This document shows positions 23,664 to 36,031 of a stretch of DNA of 64,000 nt, in pieces (positions within the stretch are counted from its first letter, which is position 1; every line of letters begins with the position of its first letter). Source of the DNA: Podarcis muralis (Eukaryota). The notes below the pieces were generated by a model that had not been told where the DNA came from, did not search any database, and saw only the letters and a program-made list of their open reading frames with translations. The position numbers and the translations under genes are program-made. The DNA lies in the NCBI RefSeq assembly GCF_964188315.1, contig NC_135668.1, positions 30,070,001 through 30,134,000 on the forward strand, written 5' to 3'.

Positions 23664-26070
23664 GAGCTTCTGCAGCAAGGCATGGGCAATGGGCATACTT
23701 CAAGCAGCTGTAGCAGCCCTTGGATATTGCAGCAATGCTACCTGGAAAGTCTCCCCACTGCTTCCTGTAGGCCGGCAGCTGGAGACTTGTTTCTCTACCC
23801 AGCAAGAAATCTGGGCTTGGACGTCTCTTCCTTCTTGCTCAGCCCGCCCATGGCAGGCAACGGGCTGTTCTTTCAGGAGCTTGACTCTTCACTGCTTTGA
23901 ACGTTGGGCTGCCTCCTGTCCAGTGAGAGGGCCTTTCCTTCACCCACCCTGGAGACACTTGGCCTTCCACTGCCACTCCTCCTGGCCTGCCATAGCACTG
24001 GGAGTATGCAGGGAGAGGTGGTCACCTGCAAATGTGACTCCTCCTGCCAGTTCGAGCAGTGCAATAAAGATGTGTCTGGTAACTGGTCTGAGCACCTGCT
24101 CTTTCTTCTTTCTCCCTCCGTCTCAATATGGGGAAAGTGTGCTGGCAGGGAAACTGCTTTTGTCATTGACTACCTGGTTTAAGGTGCTTTGGAGCTTCTG
24201 CCAACAGATCAGTGAAGCCAACCAAGAAGCGGGGGGGGGGGGGGGGGGAGGGAAGGCAGGCTGCTGTAGCTGTAGGGGAGTCGCACAAAGCCAGCTTTGA
24301 AGTGGGAGCAGGGAAGGGCCCTGGCCCCCAGGGAGATCGCCTCAGCACACAGGAGAGAAGAGGAAGCCATTGCAGACCCTCTCCCCTCAACAAAGAAGAG
24401 CCTCTTTCAGCCTCAGGGTCTGTGCAAGATCCAAAAGAAAACTGAGCTGCAGTTGCCAAAATAACAACTCCACACAACTATTTACATTTATTACTAAGGT
24501 TTTATATGCCATTTTTTAGTAAAAGTGTTGGGGCTAGGGGATACATAAAAATAAAAACTCCAAATAAAATAGATCAAGACAAAAGCATAAGAGTGAAAAA
24601 GCAACAGAGAAGGGAGGTTCCCAAATATTTGAAATTCTACCTCCTTCCCTACAGACCGTCTTGGGGGCAGTGGGGGCCCTCTTGGTAGTTCCTCCACTGT
24701 CAAAGGTGGAGGGGGGGCAGCCCAGAAGAGGGCCTTCTCTGCAACAGTCCCTAAGCTGTAGAACTCCCTACAGAGGTGCATCCAGTGCCTTCATTGTACA
24801 GCTTTTGGATAATGCTGAAGATGCACTTCTTTGTCCTAGCTTTTGACATGTGAGGCGTGTTTTTAGGGTGCACCTTAATTTTATGGTTGGAAGTTGTTTT
24901 ATAATGTTTTTTAATATTGTTAATGCTGTAACCTCCGCTGGGACCTCAGGGTGAAGGACAGATAATAATAAAAGAGCAGGAAAATGAGGAACCCCCTCCC
25001 CCCCACACACACTGTTTAGAAGAGGTAGAAGGGATAAGAGAAACTGTCACCGTACAAAACAACTATGCATAATGGGGCAAAGAAAGCTCATGTCTGCTGG
25101 TGTATTGTGGAAGGTAAGAGTCATAGGCCATTCAGACCTTTGGCCGAATGAGACCCTAGGACAGTATGTCAAAAAATGCTTTCTGCTTCTGGGAAACACA
25201 CAGCAGCACTTTCCTCTATCTGCTTGCTTTCTCGACTTTCTTTGCTGCAGGAGAAGCTGCCTACTCAGACAAGGTGTGGATATTTTTCCCTTGGGAAGGA
25301 AGGTGAGTAATCCAATGCACAAGCTACAGCAAGGAGTGGAGAGAATGGCTGGCTGCCAGATCCTACAGTCATGGGGGAGGGGGGCTCAGGCGGAACAAAC
25401 ACAACCCTCGGAAGGAAATGCACCAAAAACAGAAAGGATAGCAAGACTGGCAGTGCCCACCAAGCATCAGCTGCCAGAGTCATGACACCCCATGGAAGGT
25501 GGCAGCCCCAGAACCATCTTCCCCCTTTGGCATACACAGCAATGGCACTCCAGCATCACCTTCCTATGGCAATGGTGGTAGTGCCTGCCACCCGCTGTGC
25601 AAGCAAACAGGAGTGCAAGTCACACCATTTTTGGGAGGAACAGCACAGCACAGCATAGACTTTGGTCCTTTGGCAGAAGAGATGCACAGCCTTGTAGACA
25701 AGCACTCAAGACCCCCTGAAGGGGAAATAGTGCCTTTGTCAAGAATGCTGTGCAATGCAAACCGCTGCTGGTGGTTGGTGCCCACTGGGACTGGCAGGAA
25801 GACCCAAGTAGGTAGAACCAGAGCCAATTTTTATTTTATTGATTACATTTCTATCCCATCTTTCTTCCTCCAATGACATCAAGACAGTGCGTGTGCTTCT
25901 ACCCGCTTCTCCATTTTACCCTCAGAACAACCCTGCAAGGTAGGTTAGATTGAGAGCAGTCATAGAATGGGGGAAGCAGCCCAAGGTCACCCAGTGAGCT
26001 CCATGGCTGAGCAGAGACTTAACCTCCAACCACTAAAGCACACTGGTGCTCTAGGACTGACAGGCTAGAA

Positions 26071-26206
26071 CAGGCTTCCTTAACCTCGGCCCTGCAGATG
26101 TTTTTGGCCTACAACTCCCATGATCCCTAGCTAGCAGGACCAGTGGTCAGGGATGATGGGAATTGTGGTCTCAAAACATCTGGAGGGCCGAGGTTGAGGA
26201 AGCCTG
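26071..26206. mobile_element. Palindromic non-autonomous hAT MITE (136 bp), related family
   Basis: TIR caggcttccttaacctcggccct / agggccgaggttgaggaagcctg; 8-bp TSD ggctagaa at 26063-26070 and 26207-26214. Confidence 0.88.
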
Positions 26207-26559
26207 GGCTAGAACCACCCTCTGGTCGTCAGGAAGGAGGCAGGCGGGTGGGGGGGGGGTAGCCTGAGGGTGTGGGGCAGCGCCCCATCTGCCTCCATGG
26301 CCCACGAAAGGTGTCCCGGGGCTATGGCAACTGCTCCCTCCATGCTGGCTGCAATCGCCTGGCCGTTGCCGTTTTTCTCCCCTCCCCTGGCCTGGGCACA
26401 GAACAGGGGGTGGGTGGGTGGCACCCCGTCCCTCCAGCAAAATCAGTGCGCATTCCGGGGAATCCCCGGGCCAGTTTTGCAGAGGGAGGACCCGCTCCGT
26501 CCGGCCCCCACCCTACTTTTAAAGCAGGGGCTGGAAAAGCCGGTGGGCGGGTCCCCACT

Positions 26560-26986
26560 CCAATCCACGCTCCGCTTGACCGGGCCGGCTCCTCCTCCGC
26601 AGCGCTATGTCAGAGGAGATGCTTGACGCATTGAGACTCGCCTCGCGTCAAGCCCCGTACTTGTGCAACTATTACGTTCCTTCCTTCTACGTTGCTACCC
26701 TCCGATAGGCTACAGTGAAAACAGCGCTTCCCTCTCATTGGGCAGAACGAACGCTCGGACGGAATAAACGCCAGGGAGGTGTCGTCCGTCTGGCAGTTGG
26801 GGGCGTGGCGGCGCCTTATACGGAAGCCAATCAGGGGGCGGCGGGGTAGAGTTTGAATTCTAGGCGGAGGCGCAACGGCTAGCGGAGTTGCGCGACGCGG
26901 AGCCGAATAAGCAGCGGCGGTGGCAGCGAGCTAGAGAGCAAGAGGGAGAGAAGTGGGCTGGCTGGCCTTGGCGGATACCCGCGGCC
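26560..26986 (+). promoter_or_regulatory. PRC1 G2/M-type promoter (CCAAT boxes, CHR, MYB-type sites)
   Basis: ATTGG 26737-26741, CCAAT 26827-26831, CHR TTTGAA 26852-26857, MYB-type cagttg 26794-26799 and caacgg 26873-26878 in a CpG island. Confidence 0.65.
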
Positions 26987-29900
26987 ATGAGGAAGAGGTG
27001 GGCATTTGGAGGACGAAGTAGGGGGCGCTCTCTGGTTCGCAGGCAGCTGCCCGTCCGGTGTAACTCCGCAGTCGCCTCGCTGCGAGCCAGGAGCGGCCTC
27101 TGCCCCGGAGCGCCGCTCTCTTCCCAGGTGGCTGGTCGGTCATGGGGAGGGTTCCTTTTCCGCCCCTGACGGACTACCTTCCCTCTCTCGCAGCGAGGTT
27201 TTGGCCAGCGAGTCGGTGGCCTGCCTGAACCAGGCGCTGTTCCAGCTGCGCGACATCTGGGAGGAAATCGGCATCCCGGAGGACCAGCGCCTGCAGCGCA
27301 CCGAAGTGGTGAAGAAGCACGTCAAGGTGAGCAGGGCCGAGAGATCCTGCCAACTCTGCCAGCTGAGCAAGGGCGAGGCCATGGGATGCCTTATGCTGAC
27401 TCAGAGCAGTGGCCCATCTCCCCCCGCATTGGCTGCACTGACTGGCAGCCAATGCTGGGGTTTCAGACAGGGTCTTCTCGCAGCCTGACCTGGGGGTTGG
27501 ACTTTCTGCATACAAAAGCAGGTGCACTGTCACTGAGCTGACATGGTCCTTTCCTACCAGGGCTGGCATAGATATTAGGCAGGGTGAGGCTGCCTCATAG
27601 CCCCCAGGGTGGCAGGGCGGGGCACTGCAGCTGGAGGCAGCAGGGCAGGGTGGCATTTTCCATTTTGCCTCAAGTGACTAAATGAGACACGCCATCCCTG
27701 TTCCCCATTGCACTGTTCAACCAGGTGCTTTTGGGCTACAACTTCCACTCTCCCCAGTTAGCTTAGCTAGTGGTCAGAGAGGCTGATGGCAGCTGTAGGT
27801 CCAAAAATATCTGGAGACTGAAAATTGAAAAATGCTGTTCTGGAGCAGGGGCTTGCAAACTGGTCAGAGGCTCTTCATTCATGTCACTGTGGCATGTCTA
27901 CTTTAACTGTTCATATCGATTTTTAACCATAATTTAATTGCTTGTTTCATTTGTTTGTGTTCTTCGTATTTTTTTGTATTGCTATCAATCTGTTTGTTTG
28001 TTTGTTTGTTTGTAGTTTGATTTATATACCACCCTTCATCTCAGAGCAGAATAAACCGCGGAATAAAATCATACAGCATCTGACAATAGAGCATTACAAT
28101 TGCTACAGAAGGTGGAAAAATCATTAAGCAGTCTGGGTGGGGGGAACAGAGAATAGAGGAAGCTCACCTGGCCTCACAGTTCAAGGTCAAGACCTGTAAG
28201 ATGAGTTCTGTGACTGGATTAGACCAAAAGCCCATCTTGTCACGCAACACAACACAGGAAAGTGCCTTAGTACTTTGGTCCATCTAGCTCAGTATTATTC
28301 ACTGGCAACAACTCTTCAGATTTCCCAGCCCTACCTGGAGATACCAAGGATTGAACACCTGAATGTAAAGCAGGTGTTCTACCAGAACTGTGGCCCTTCT
28401 CATCCTATAGTAGCCTCAATGCCTTCTGTGGGAGCGAATTCCGTAGCTTAACTGTGTGCTGCATGAACAATTTTCCTTCTGTTTGTCTTGAATCTCCCTA
28501 CATTCAGCTTCATTGGATGACCTGTTTGGTTATCACTGTCTGCTTTCTCCACACCATGTGTAATTTCCTACTACTATATTGTAAACAAAATCTGCCCTTA
28601 TTCCTTTATGGGGTACACAAGAGCCCTTATAGAGTCCTTTGTAGGTTCTCCATTGGTAGGAGAAAATAAAAGGCCAACCAGAGAATATTGAGAAGCAAAG
28701 CATCTAGTAAGCCTGATCTTTATTAAAGCTGTTGCAGCAGGGTGCTCCCCTCACAAGCAGGAGAGAGGAGGAGGACCCCGACCAATGGCGTGCAAGGCCT
28801 TATATAGCCATTTTGAAATTCCCTGCCCTGGAGCTCAAAACCATCCCTTCATACATCATACCTAAATCACAGAAAAGGCGGTCTACAACAGAAATTTGAA
28901 TGCTGTTCTGCCAGGTTATCTGACAATGCCTTATCTGATTGCCTTTCCTGGTAGTCTGGCCATTCCTTTGATATGGTAATTACTTAATTCCTGAGACAAT
29001 GGGAAGGTTTTTTCACCACCTTCCTCCTTGCAGAGAAACACTTGGTCAGCTTGGGAGTCAAAATGGTTTAAGGACGGTCTTCCTGTGCCGCTTCAGACAT
29101 GTGGTTTATGTGTTTATGTATGTGTTTCCTTGGTGCATTTATGAACATATACCTCTAAGACCTTAAAATTCTTATAACAATATCATGCCTCCCATTATCA
29201 CCTTTTTTCAAAATGCTGTAACCTATCCTCACAAGGGAGTTGCTTTAGCACCTTGATCATTTTGGTTGCCCTTTTCTCTACAGTTTTTCTAAGATGCAGG
29301 AACCAAAACAACCTCACAGTACAAGTTCAGCTGTACCACATTTGTATGAAGATGTTACAATATAGGCAATTTTATTTTTGGCCCCTTTCCTAACAGGTTC
29401 TCTTTGGTGAAGGACTTGTGCATGATCATCACAAAAAGCAAGCCCACATGTACAGGGCTTTCTTGGGAATGATCAGCGGGGGCCTCTGACATGCTCTACT
29501 GATGTGGAGCTGCAAGCACCAGGGGAGGGGGTTTCCTAGATTAAATTGACTGGGCTCTGCAGCTGCTGTAGTGTCCTTGCTTGCTCTGGGTTCAATGCTG
29601 CTTGCTCTTATGCCACCAGGGCTTGCTGGACATGATGATTGCGGAGGAGGAGAACCTCAAAGAGCGTCTCCTGAAGAGCATTGCAGTGTGTCGCAAGGAA
29701 TTGGTGATCCTCTGCAAGGAGCTACAATTGGCTCCTTTCGAGGTGAGACTGTGGGCTGGCGAATGTGGCTCAGACGCCGTCTCTTAGAGGGTGGTCCTGC
29801 TGAGCTCAGGAGGACTGTTTTTCTCACAGGAGGACGAGGAGACCACCATCCTGCAGCTAGAGAAGGACCTGCGCACCCGTGTGGAAGTAATGCTGAAGCA

Positions 29901-32900
29901 AAAGCGGGAGAGAAAGCAGGAGCTGAAGGTGCTGCAGGAGCGAGACCGGGAGATGTGTGACCTGCTTTGCACAGCTCCCTATGACATTGACAGTGAGGCT
30001 GTGCCCAGCTTGGCGGAGCTGGACCACTTCCGGCGCCACTTGGCAGGACTAGCAACTGAAAAGGTGGGCACACTTTGTGTGTGCATGAGCGAAGGGGGGG
30101 AGGCTGAGGTTGGGGCTTGATGGGTAATGTCCTGCTTTGTCCTGCTCCTCCAGGAGCGCCGGCAGAAGGAGTTCCTTGACACCAAGAGGCAGATCATCCT
30201 GTGCATGGAGGAGCTGGAGCACACCCCTGACACCAGCTTTGAGCGAGATGTCGTGTGTGAGGAGGAGGACGCCTTCTGTCTCTCGGAGGACAACATTGCT
30301 GCCCTGAAGGATCTCTTGCAGCAGGTCAGAGGGTGGGGTCTGGGAGAAGGATCTGGGGGGCCTTGCCTGTGACATCCCATCTCTTCTGCTGCTTTAGTTT
30401 GGCTCAGACTGGCCTTTCTGTCCCTAGCTTGAGAGCAGGAGAGCTCAGAAGGAAGCCTTGTGCCAAGAGCTGCGTTCCAGGATTCGGGTGCTGTGGGAGC
30501 GGCTGCAGGTGCCTGCGGAGGAAAGGGAAGCCTTTGCCCCCTACATGGTGGGAGCCAAAGCCGCCATCATGGATGCTGTAAGGAATACTAAAGGCCTGAG
30601 GCCTCGGACCAGCAGCAGTGGTTCCTGTGCCAAGCCAACAGGGAGAAGGGGTGCTTCGTGCTGGGCAGTTGCGCTCAGGATCAAAGGGGAGCTGTTTCAA
30701 ACCTTCCTCTGCCTGCTCCGAATCCCAGTGCACCCTGAGAGCCCCCCTCATGTTCTGTGGTGCACGCAGGAGGGGAGAGGGGGTCAGTGCCATCAGGGCG
30801 TGTGTTGACCCTTTGCTCTTCCCCGTTTAGCTGAAACTGGAAGTGGATCGTTTGCAAGAGCTGAAGTTTCAGAACATCAGAAATGTGGTGGAGGCCACCC
30901 GGGCCGAGCTGGCAGACTACTGGGACAAGTGTTTTTATGGGGATGAGCAGAGGCGAGCCTTCTACCCCTACTATGAAGGTGAGCAAGTAGACCCTTCCCC
31001 AGCTGTTGCTGCTGGGTATAGATTGCTTGACTGTGGCCTCTTCCTACTGGGCATCCTGTTTTTCCCTTCTCCTTCCCAGATGACTTCACTGAAGAGCTGC
31101 TGCAGCAGCATGAAGATGAAGTTTCCCGGTTAAAGCAGTGCTATGAAAGGCATCAAGAGCTGTTTGAATCCATCCACAAGTGGGAGAAGAACTGGCGCCT
31201 CTTCCAGGAGCTTGAGGTACAGCCAGAAGCCACACAGGTGGCCAGATGTCTGGTGCTGGGCCAGGTGGGAAGCCGCTGAGGGCCAGCCTAGGGTGGCTTC
31301 CCAAGCACAAGAGGCCTGCCCATTTCCCAACTTCTCCCTTTTCAGAGGAAGGCGACGGACCCCAGCCGCTTCACCAACCGAGGGGGTAACCTTCTGAAAG
31401 AGGAGAAGCTGCGAGCGAAACTTCAGAAGACTCTTCCAAAGGCATGTGGCCCTTTCTGCCCTTGGGAGGGACTGAGGCAGTAGGCCCAACCAGCCTGCTG
31501 TTTGCTTTGCACCCTGGTTGTGTAGCTTAGCTGAAGCCAGTTGTCTCTCGTTGCAGCTGGAGGAGGAGCTAAAGGGGCGTGTGGAGCTCTGGGAGCAGGA
31601 GCAGGAGCAGGCCTTCCTGGTGAATGGGCAGCGCTTCATGGAGTATGTGGCAGAGCAGTGGCAGCTCCACCACATGGAGAAGGAGAAGGAAAAGCAGGAG
31701 CGAGTGAGTGAACAAGCTGAGAGCCCTCAAGCAGCTTCCATCTCCGCATCACTTAACAAGGACCCCTTTGTCCTCCTTGCTTTACTCTGAAAAACAGACT
31801 CCTTTTTCTCTTCTCTGGCTGGTGACTGAAATCACAGGCGGCTTGGCCAAGGTCTCCAAAGGATGGGAATGAGCTGAACCATCCGCACTGGGTGTTTGAG
31901 GCCTTGCTTTGTGCGTCTGAAGTACAGGGGAGAGGGAGATATATTTTGGAGCAATGGTCCCAAAGCTGACACATGCTGCTGTGAGAACCACCCAGTAATT
32001 TGAAGCTTAAAATTAGCTGCTGGGCTATCTTGGGCAACCTGATCAGGAGTCATCAGTACCCCTCTGGCAGTGGGTAGGTAGGCTGAAGAGAAGATGCCTG
32101 CAGAGGACTTCAGTCCCACCAGTCTTGTAGCCAGACATGAAGGACTTCTTGCTGCCTTCCCTTTTTGTGGCTAATCTAACTCACTTGCTTGCCATCCCCT
32201 TCTGGGGCTTCTGTGAATACCAATCACCCAATTCCTTTTTCTTCCAGCAACTCAAGAAGTCCCGCCAAATTGAGGAGGAGATGATGTATGGCAGCACCCC
32301 ACGGACCCCCAACAAGAGACGGGGCTTGGGCTTCATCACACCCAGCAAAGTGCGGAAGGTCCGTGTTGCCATGTGATGCTTCATGCAGAAGGGGCACTTT
32401 CTTTCTTTCTTTGTTTGTTCGTTCCCTAGTACCACATGTGCAATGAATTATGAATTTCGGTGGTTTTTTTGGTTATTCTTGAAATAGTTATGGGATGGCA
32501 GTGTGGCTTTTGTTGAGCATTTCGATTGTACAGTAATGTAGAAAAGTGGTGTACAAATTAGCAATGAAATAAAAATGCTGGAAATGTAAACATTAGTGCA
32601 ATAAAACCAAATGGTTTTCATTGACCAAGGAAAAAATGCCCAAGGAGCCAAAGAGAATTGAGAATCCCTCACAGTGGCTGCAAGAACCTGTTTTTGCAAA
32701 ATACTGAGTGGAAACGCAAATTCCAGGAATAGCTGAAATAAAAAGCAAAGATGTGTGAATCACAAAGCTCACACAAGAGGAAAGGAGGCAAACCTAATAA
32801 ATTTCTGCAGAACTACAGTATATTTACTGATTGATAGTCTAGCAAGGTATATTCCTCAGGAGATGATGTAATAGTAAATAGCATAGCTATAACCCTTTAT

Positions 32901-34674
32901 TAATCCTGACCTTTTGCACAATATTTTCTTTTATATAAAAAAAACCAAATCCTATGGTGCAGCCACATCCAGAGCATTATACACAGTTCTGCTTGCTCTT
33001 AATATGTATCCACACACCCTTCCGATATTTGATAGGGTTGGAGATGGTGTAGAAAAGGAGAGGGGGGGAGAGCGGCACCTCCACTGTGAAGAGATGTTTT
33101 ATTGCTAGGTGCTTGGGGTGGGAAGAAAGTGCTTTTGCCACCTGGAGTTAGGGAGAGCGCACTTGTGTTAACTCATGGCTTTTTCTTGCAGCTTAACACC
33201 ACAGCTACCCCGAACAGCACCATCCGTTCAGCATTTGGGGGCTCTCTGTTCCACTCCCCAACACCCCACCCAGCACTCTCTGGAGGAAAAGTAAGCAGCA
33301 GCTGCTGGTATCTAAATTCTTCCTGTTTCCAACATTCAGACCTGGGTGCAAATCTTTATAGCTACGCATGGACCCAAGAGGGAAATTATCAGCAAGGGCT
33401 GGGGGCAACCTCATGGTTTACTGAAGTGCAAGAAATTTTTTATTTTTAAAAAAGTGTTAATGTTTATTACTTGCTTTGTAACACATTATTTAGGCAGCAT
33501 GCATTTCTTCCTCCCAACCATCTTAAGCAACGGGTACTGCAAGTAGAAAAGAGGCCACTTTTATGCCAAGTCAGAAGAATGCAGTGCCCTCGTAGAATGT
33601 TGTTCTGTGTTGTCCCCCACCCACTCCTGTGGCTTACTGGTTCTTGGTTGCTCAGTAACCTTTTCTGTGTTGCTTCTCTGCAGGGCTCCCGGAAGCTTGT
33701 TGTCAAAAGCTCTAACCTCCAGTGCTGCTCCCCTCTGCCTCCACAGCCTCTCCGGACTCCCAGCCGCATGGCCCCCAAGTCCCCTCGCCCAGGACCCATG
33801 GAGCACAACAAGGAGAACGTCGCTCAGCTCAACAGAACAGTTCTGAGCGGTGGGTGCACCCCTGCAGCCCCTGCCCAGAGCACCTGCAGCATTAACTCTG
33901 TTGCCAGCACCTATTCCGAGTTTGCGGTAATTTCCCTCTTCTCTCAACGCCTCTAACCTGACAGCCACCACTCTCAGCAACTGGGCTGCCAGCTGCCCTT
34001 GCCTGCCCCACTCATTCCCTTGGGGAGCCACAGGCCACCCAGGATGCTGTGAGCCACCCTTGAACTGTAATGAAGCATGCAGTACAACGGTAATCATTTC
34101 ACATTTTCCTTCCCAAGAGCACCCCCTCCCTAGCTGAGCCAACCTCCTAATGCAACGAGCCAGCTGTCCACTCTCCTCTGCCTGGTTGGTCTCAAACATG
34201 GATGGCACCTGGCCCCACACGTGGCTTGCAGTGGCACTTTATGGATAAACTCAGGTTGCATGTGAGCCTATGTAATAAAGCCCTAGCCCCATGTATGTGT
34301 TTTATGGAATGGAAAGCAGCTTTGGGGAGCATAGAGCAGTGGGGAGGGAAAGAGTGTACCTGGACACTGGGAGGGGGGACATTTGGAATGGGGTTAAGCA
34401 CCTCTTTATTCCCCTTGCATGTGTTTGCCTGCAATATACCTGCACGGAGCTTGGTGTCGGTGGGAAGGTGGGTTGTGTGGTGTTGGTACACCTTCCCTTC
34501 TGCCCTGGGCTGGGACTTCCACACTCACAAGAGGGTCTCCACTGCTCTTTGATCCAGCTTGCTCAGTTACATCACATAGAATTTATCTTTTCACAGCAAG
34601 AACTTTCAAAGGCTTCCAGATCTGACTTCAAATCCCGCATCCTTAACTCCACGGTTTCCAATGCTGAGAGCTGA
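26987..34674 (+). CDS. PRC1: Protein regulator of cytokinesis 1 (MAP65/Ase1 family)
   Basis: Exons 26987-26997, 27194-27326, 29620-29742, 29830-30063, 30154-30324, 30428-30577, 30831-30978, 31080-31216, 31346-31441, 31557-31703, 32248-32358, 33192-33290, 33684 (or 33747)-33926, 34597-34674. MRKSEVLA..., RKATDPSRFTNRGGNLLKEEK, INSVASTYSEFA, ELSKASRSD. Confidence 0.95.
28200..29400 (-). mobile_element. CR1 LINE fragment in PRC1 intron 2, split by a solo LTR
   Basis: Antisense CR1-like text (cattcagcttcattggatg; ccttgatcattttggttgcccttttctct) is continuous across the LTR insertion point; outer boundaries approximate. Confidence 0.55.
28580..29179 (-). mobile_element. Solo LTR (ERV- or gypsy-type), 600 bp
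   Basis: TG...CA ends, 4-bp TSD atat (28576-28579, 29180-29183); minus-strand TATA (plus ccttatatag 28798-28807) followed ~80 bp later by AATAAA (plus tttatt 28719-28724). Confidence 0.7.
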
Positions 34675-34877
34675 CGGGGAGCTTGTACACAGCGGCAAAG
34701 GAAGGTAGCCAAAGGAGCTGGCACCACTGGACTTCCCTCCTGGGGTTAGGCAAAGCCGTGTGCCTCCCTGCTTGGCCCTGTTGCCCGTGGCAATGGAGGC
34801 AGGGCCACTTTTAACTATTTGTTCCTTGTTTTTACCACACTGATTTTTTTAAACAATTTTTTTTGTATATTAAAAAG

Positions 34878-34883
34878 AATAAA
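34878..34883 (+). terminator. PRC1 poly(A) signal
   Basis: AATAAA ~200 bp after the stop, preceded by U-rich sequence. Confidence 0.6.
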
Positions 34884-35683
34884 ATGTAAATGTTGCAAAG
34901 GGTTTCTTATAAGTAAGCCTACTCTAGTGCACAACTTGCTGTCTAGTCTAGGGTTCCAGCAGCAAGGGAAGAGGGATCCTGGCCAACCCAACCTATACTC
35001 TTGCAAGCCTCTGGAACGTTGGCTCCTGCCCTCTGCTAGGCAAAGGGTGTGAGAGAGCCCACAGTGGCAGCACTCCATCCATCCTGTTTATGCGGGCAGA
35101 ATCTTTACTGCCCTCCTTGGTGCTTATGCGGTTGCTTTTGGGGGAGGGAGTAGTTGCAACAGAAGTGGGGAAGGGAAAGCAGGCAGCCCCTAAACTTGCT
35201 TGCAGTAGGAAAAAGTGATCAGGTCCTGGGGCTTTTTAGGAGGTTTTTTGCTCCAGAGGTCTTGTTCCACTGGAGAGAAGCACAGCTCACCTTTAGTTAT
35301 GACAAATGGGACGGGGCTGACTTCTTGCTGCTGCCTTTGAGCTGGGCTAGTCCTGCCTTCCTCTTGGGGATGGGGAAGGAGGAGGAGAGGCATCTGCCAA
35401 CCACCCCCACCCTCCCCATCATCGTGGCTAGATTTGCACCTTGTTTTCACTACAGTGTCCTTTTATTATTTATTTGTATGGCAGTATGTTCACATCTCGT
35501 TTATCTGCTGTTCTGTATAATGACTAATCAATTGTATTGTTCTGATGAGGGCTCTTAGCTGAGGAGAGCAGTCTAACTCTACTCCACTTCTACCGCAATG
35601 TCCTGCTGCCTGGCATCTGGCTTCTTGCCCGAAGAACTATGACTGTGTTGCAGGCTAGTAAGGATGACAGTGGCAGCAATAGC

Positions 35684-35689
35684 TTTATT
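35684..35689 (-). terminator. Candidate RCCD1 poly(A) signal
   Basis: Plus-strand tttatt = minus AATAAA, 343 bp past the stop. Confidence 0.45.
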
Positions 35690-36031
35690 CACAAAATGAC
35701 TGTTCCAACATCTGTTTTGTCCATCATGGCAATTTAGCGCTACATAAAATATGCTCTGTATAACTCTGCCTCTGTTGTGTTCTTGGAGGTGCTAAAACAG
35801 CTCCCTCTTTTATCTAAAGATGCCCTTGTGTTGTCCATTGAAGTAGCTGTTACTGGAAGGCAGGTGGAGGGAGGATTAGATGAAGCCACTACACCTGATC
35901 TGGGACTTGGATAAAGTCGGATTGAGCCTCTACTCAGACAGTAGAGCATTGGACTGGAGCAGCAGTAGGAGTAGGTCCTGTCCATGCTGTCTTCCCAAAG
36001 GTTTCTGGATTCTTGCCCTCCATCTCAGCTG

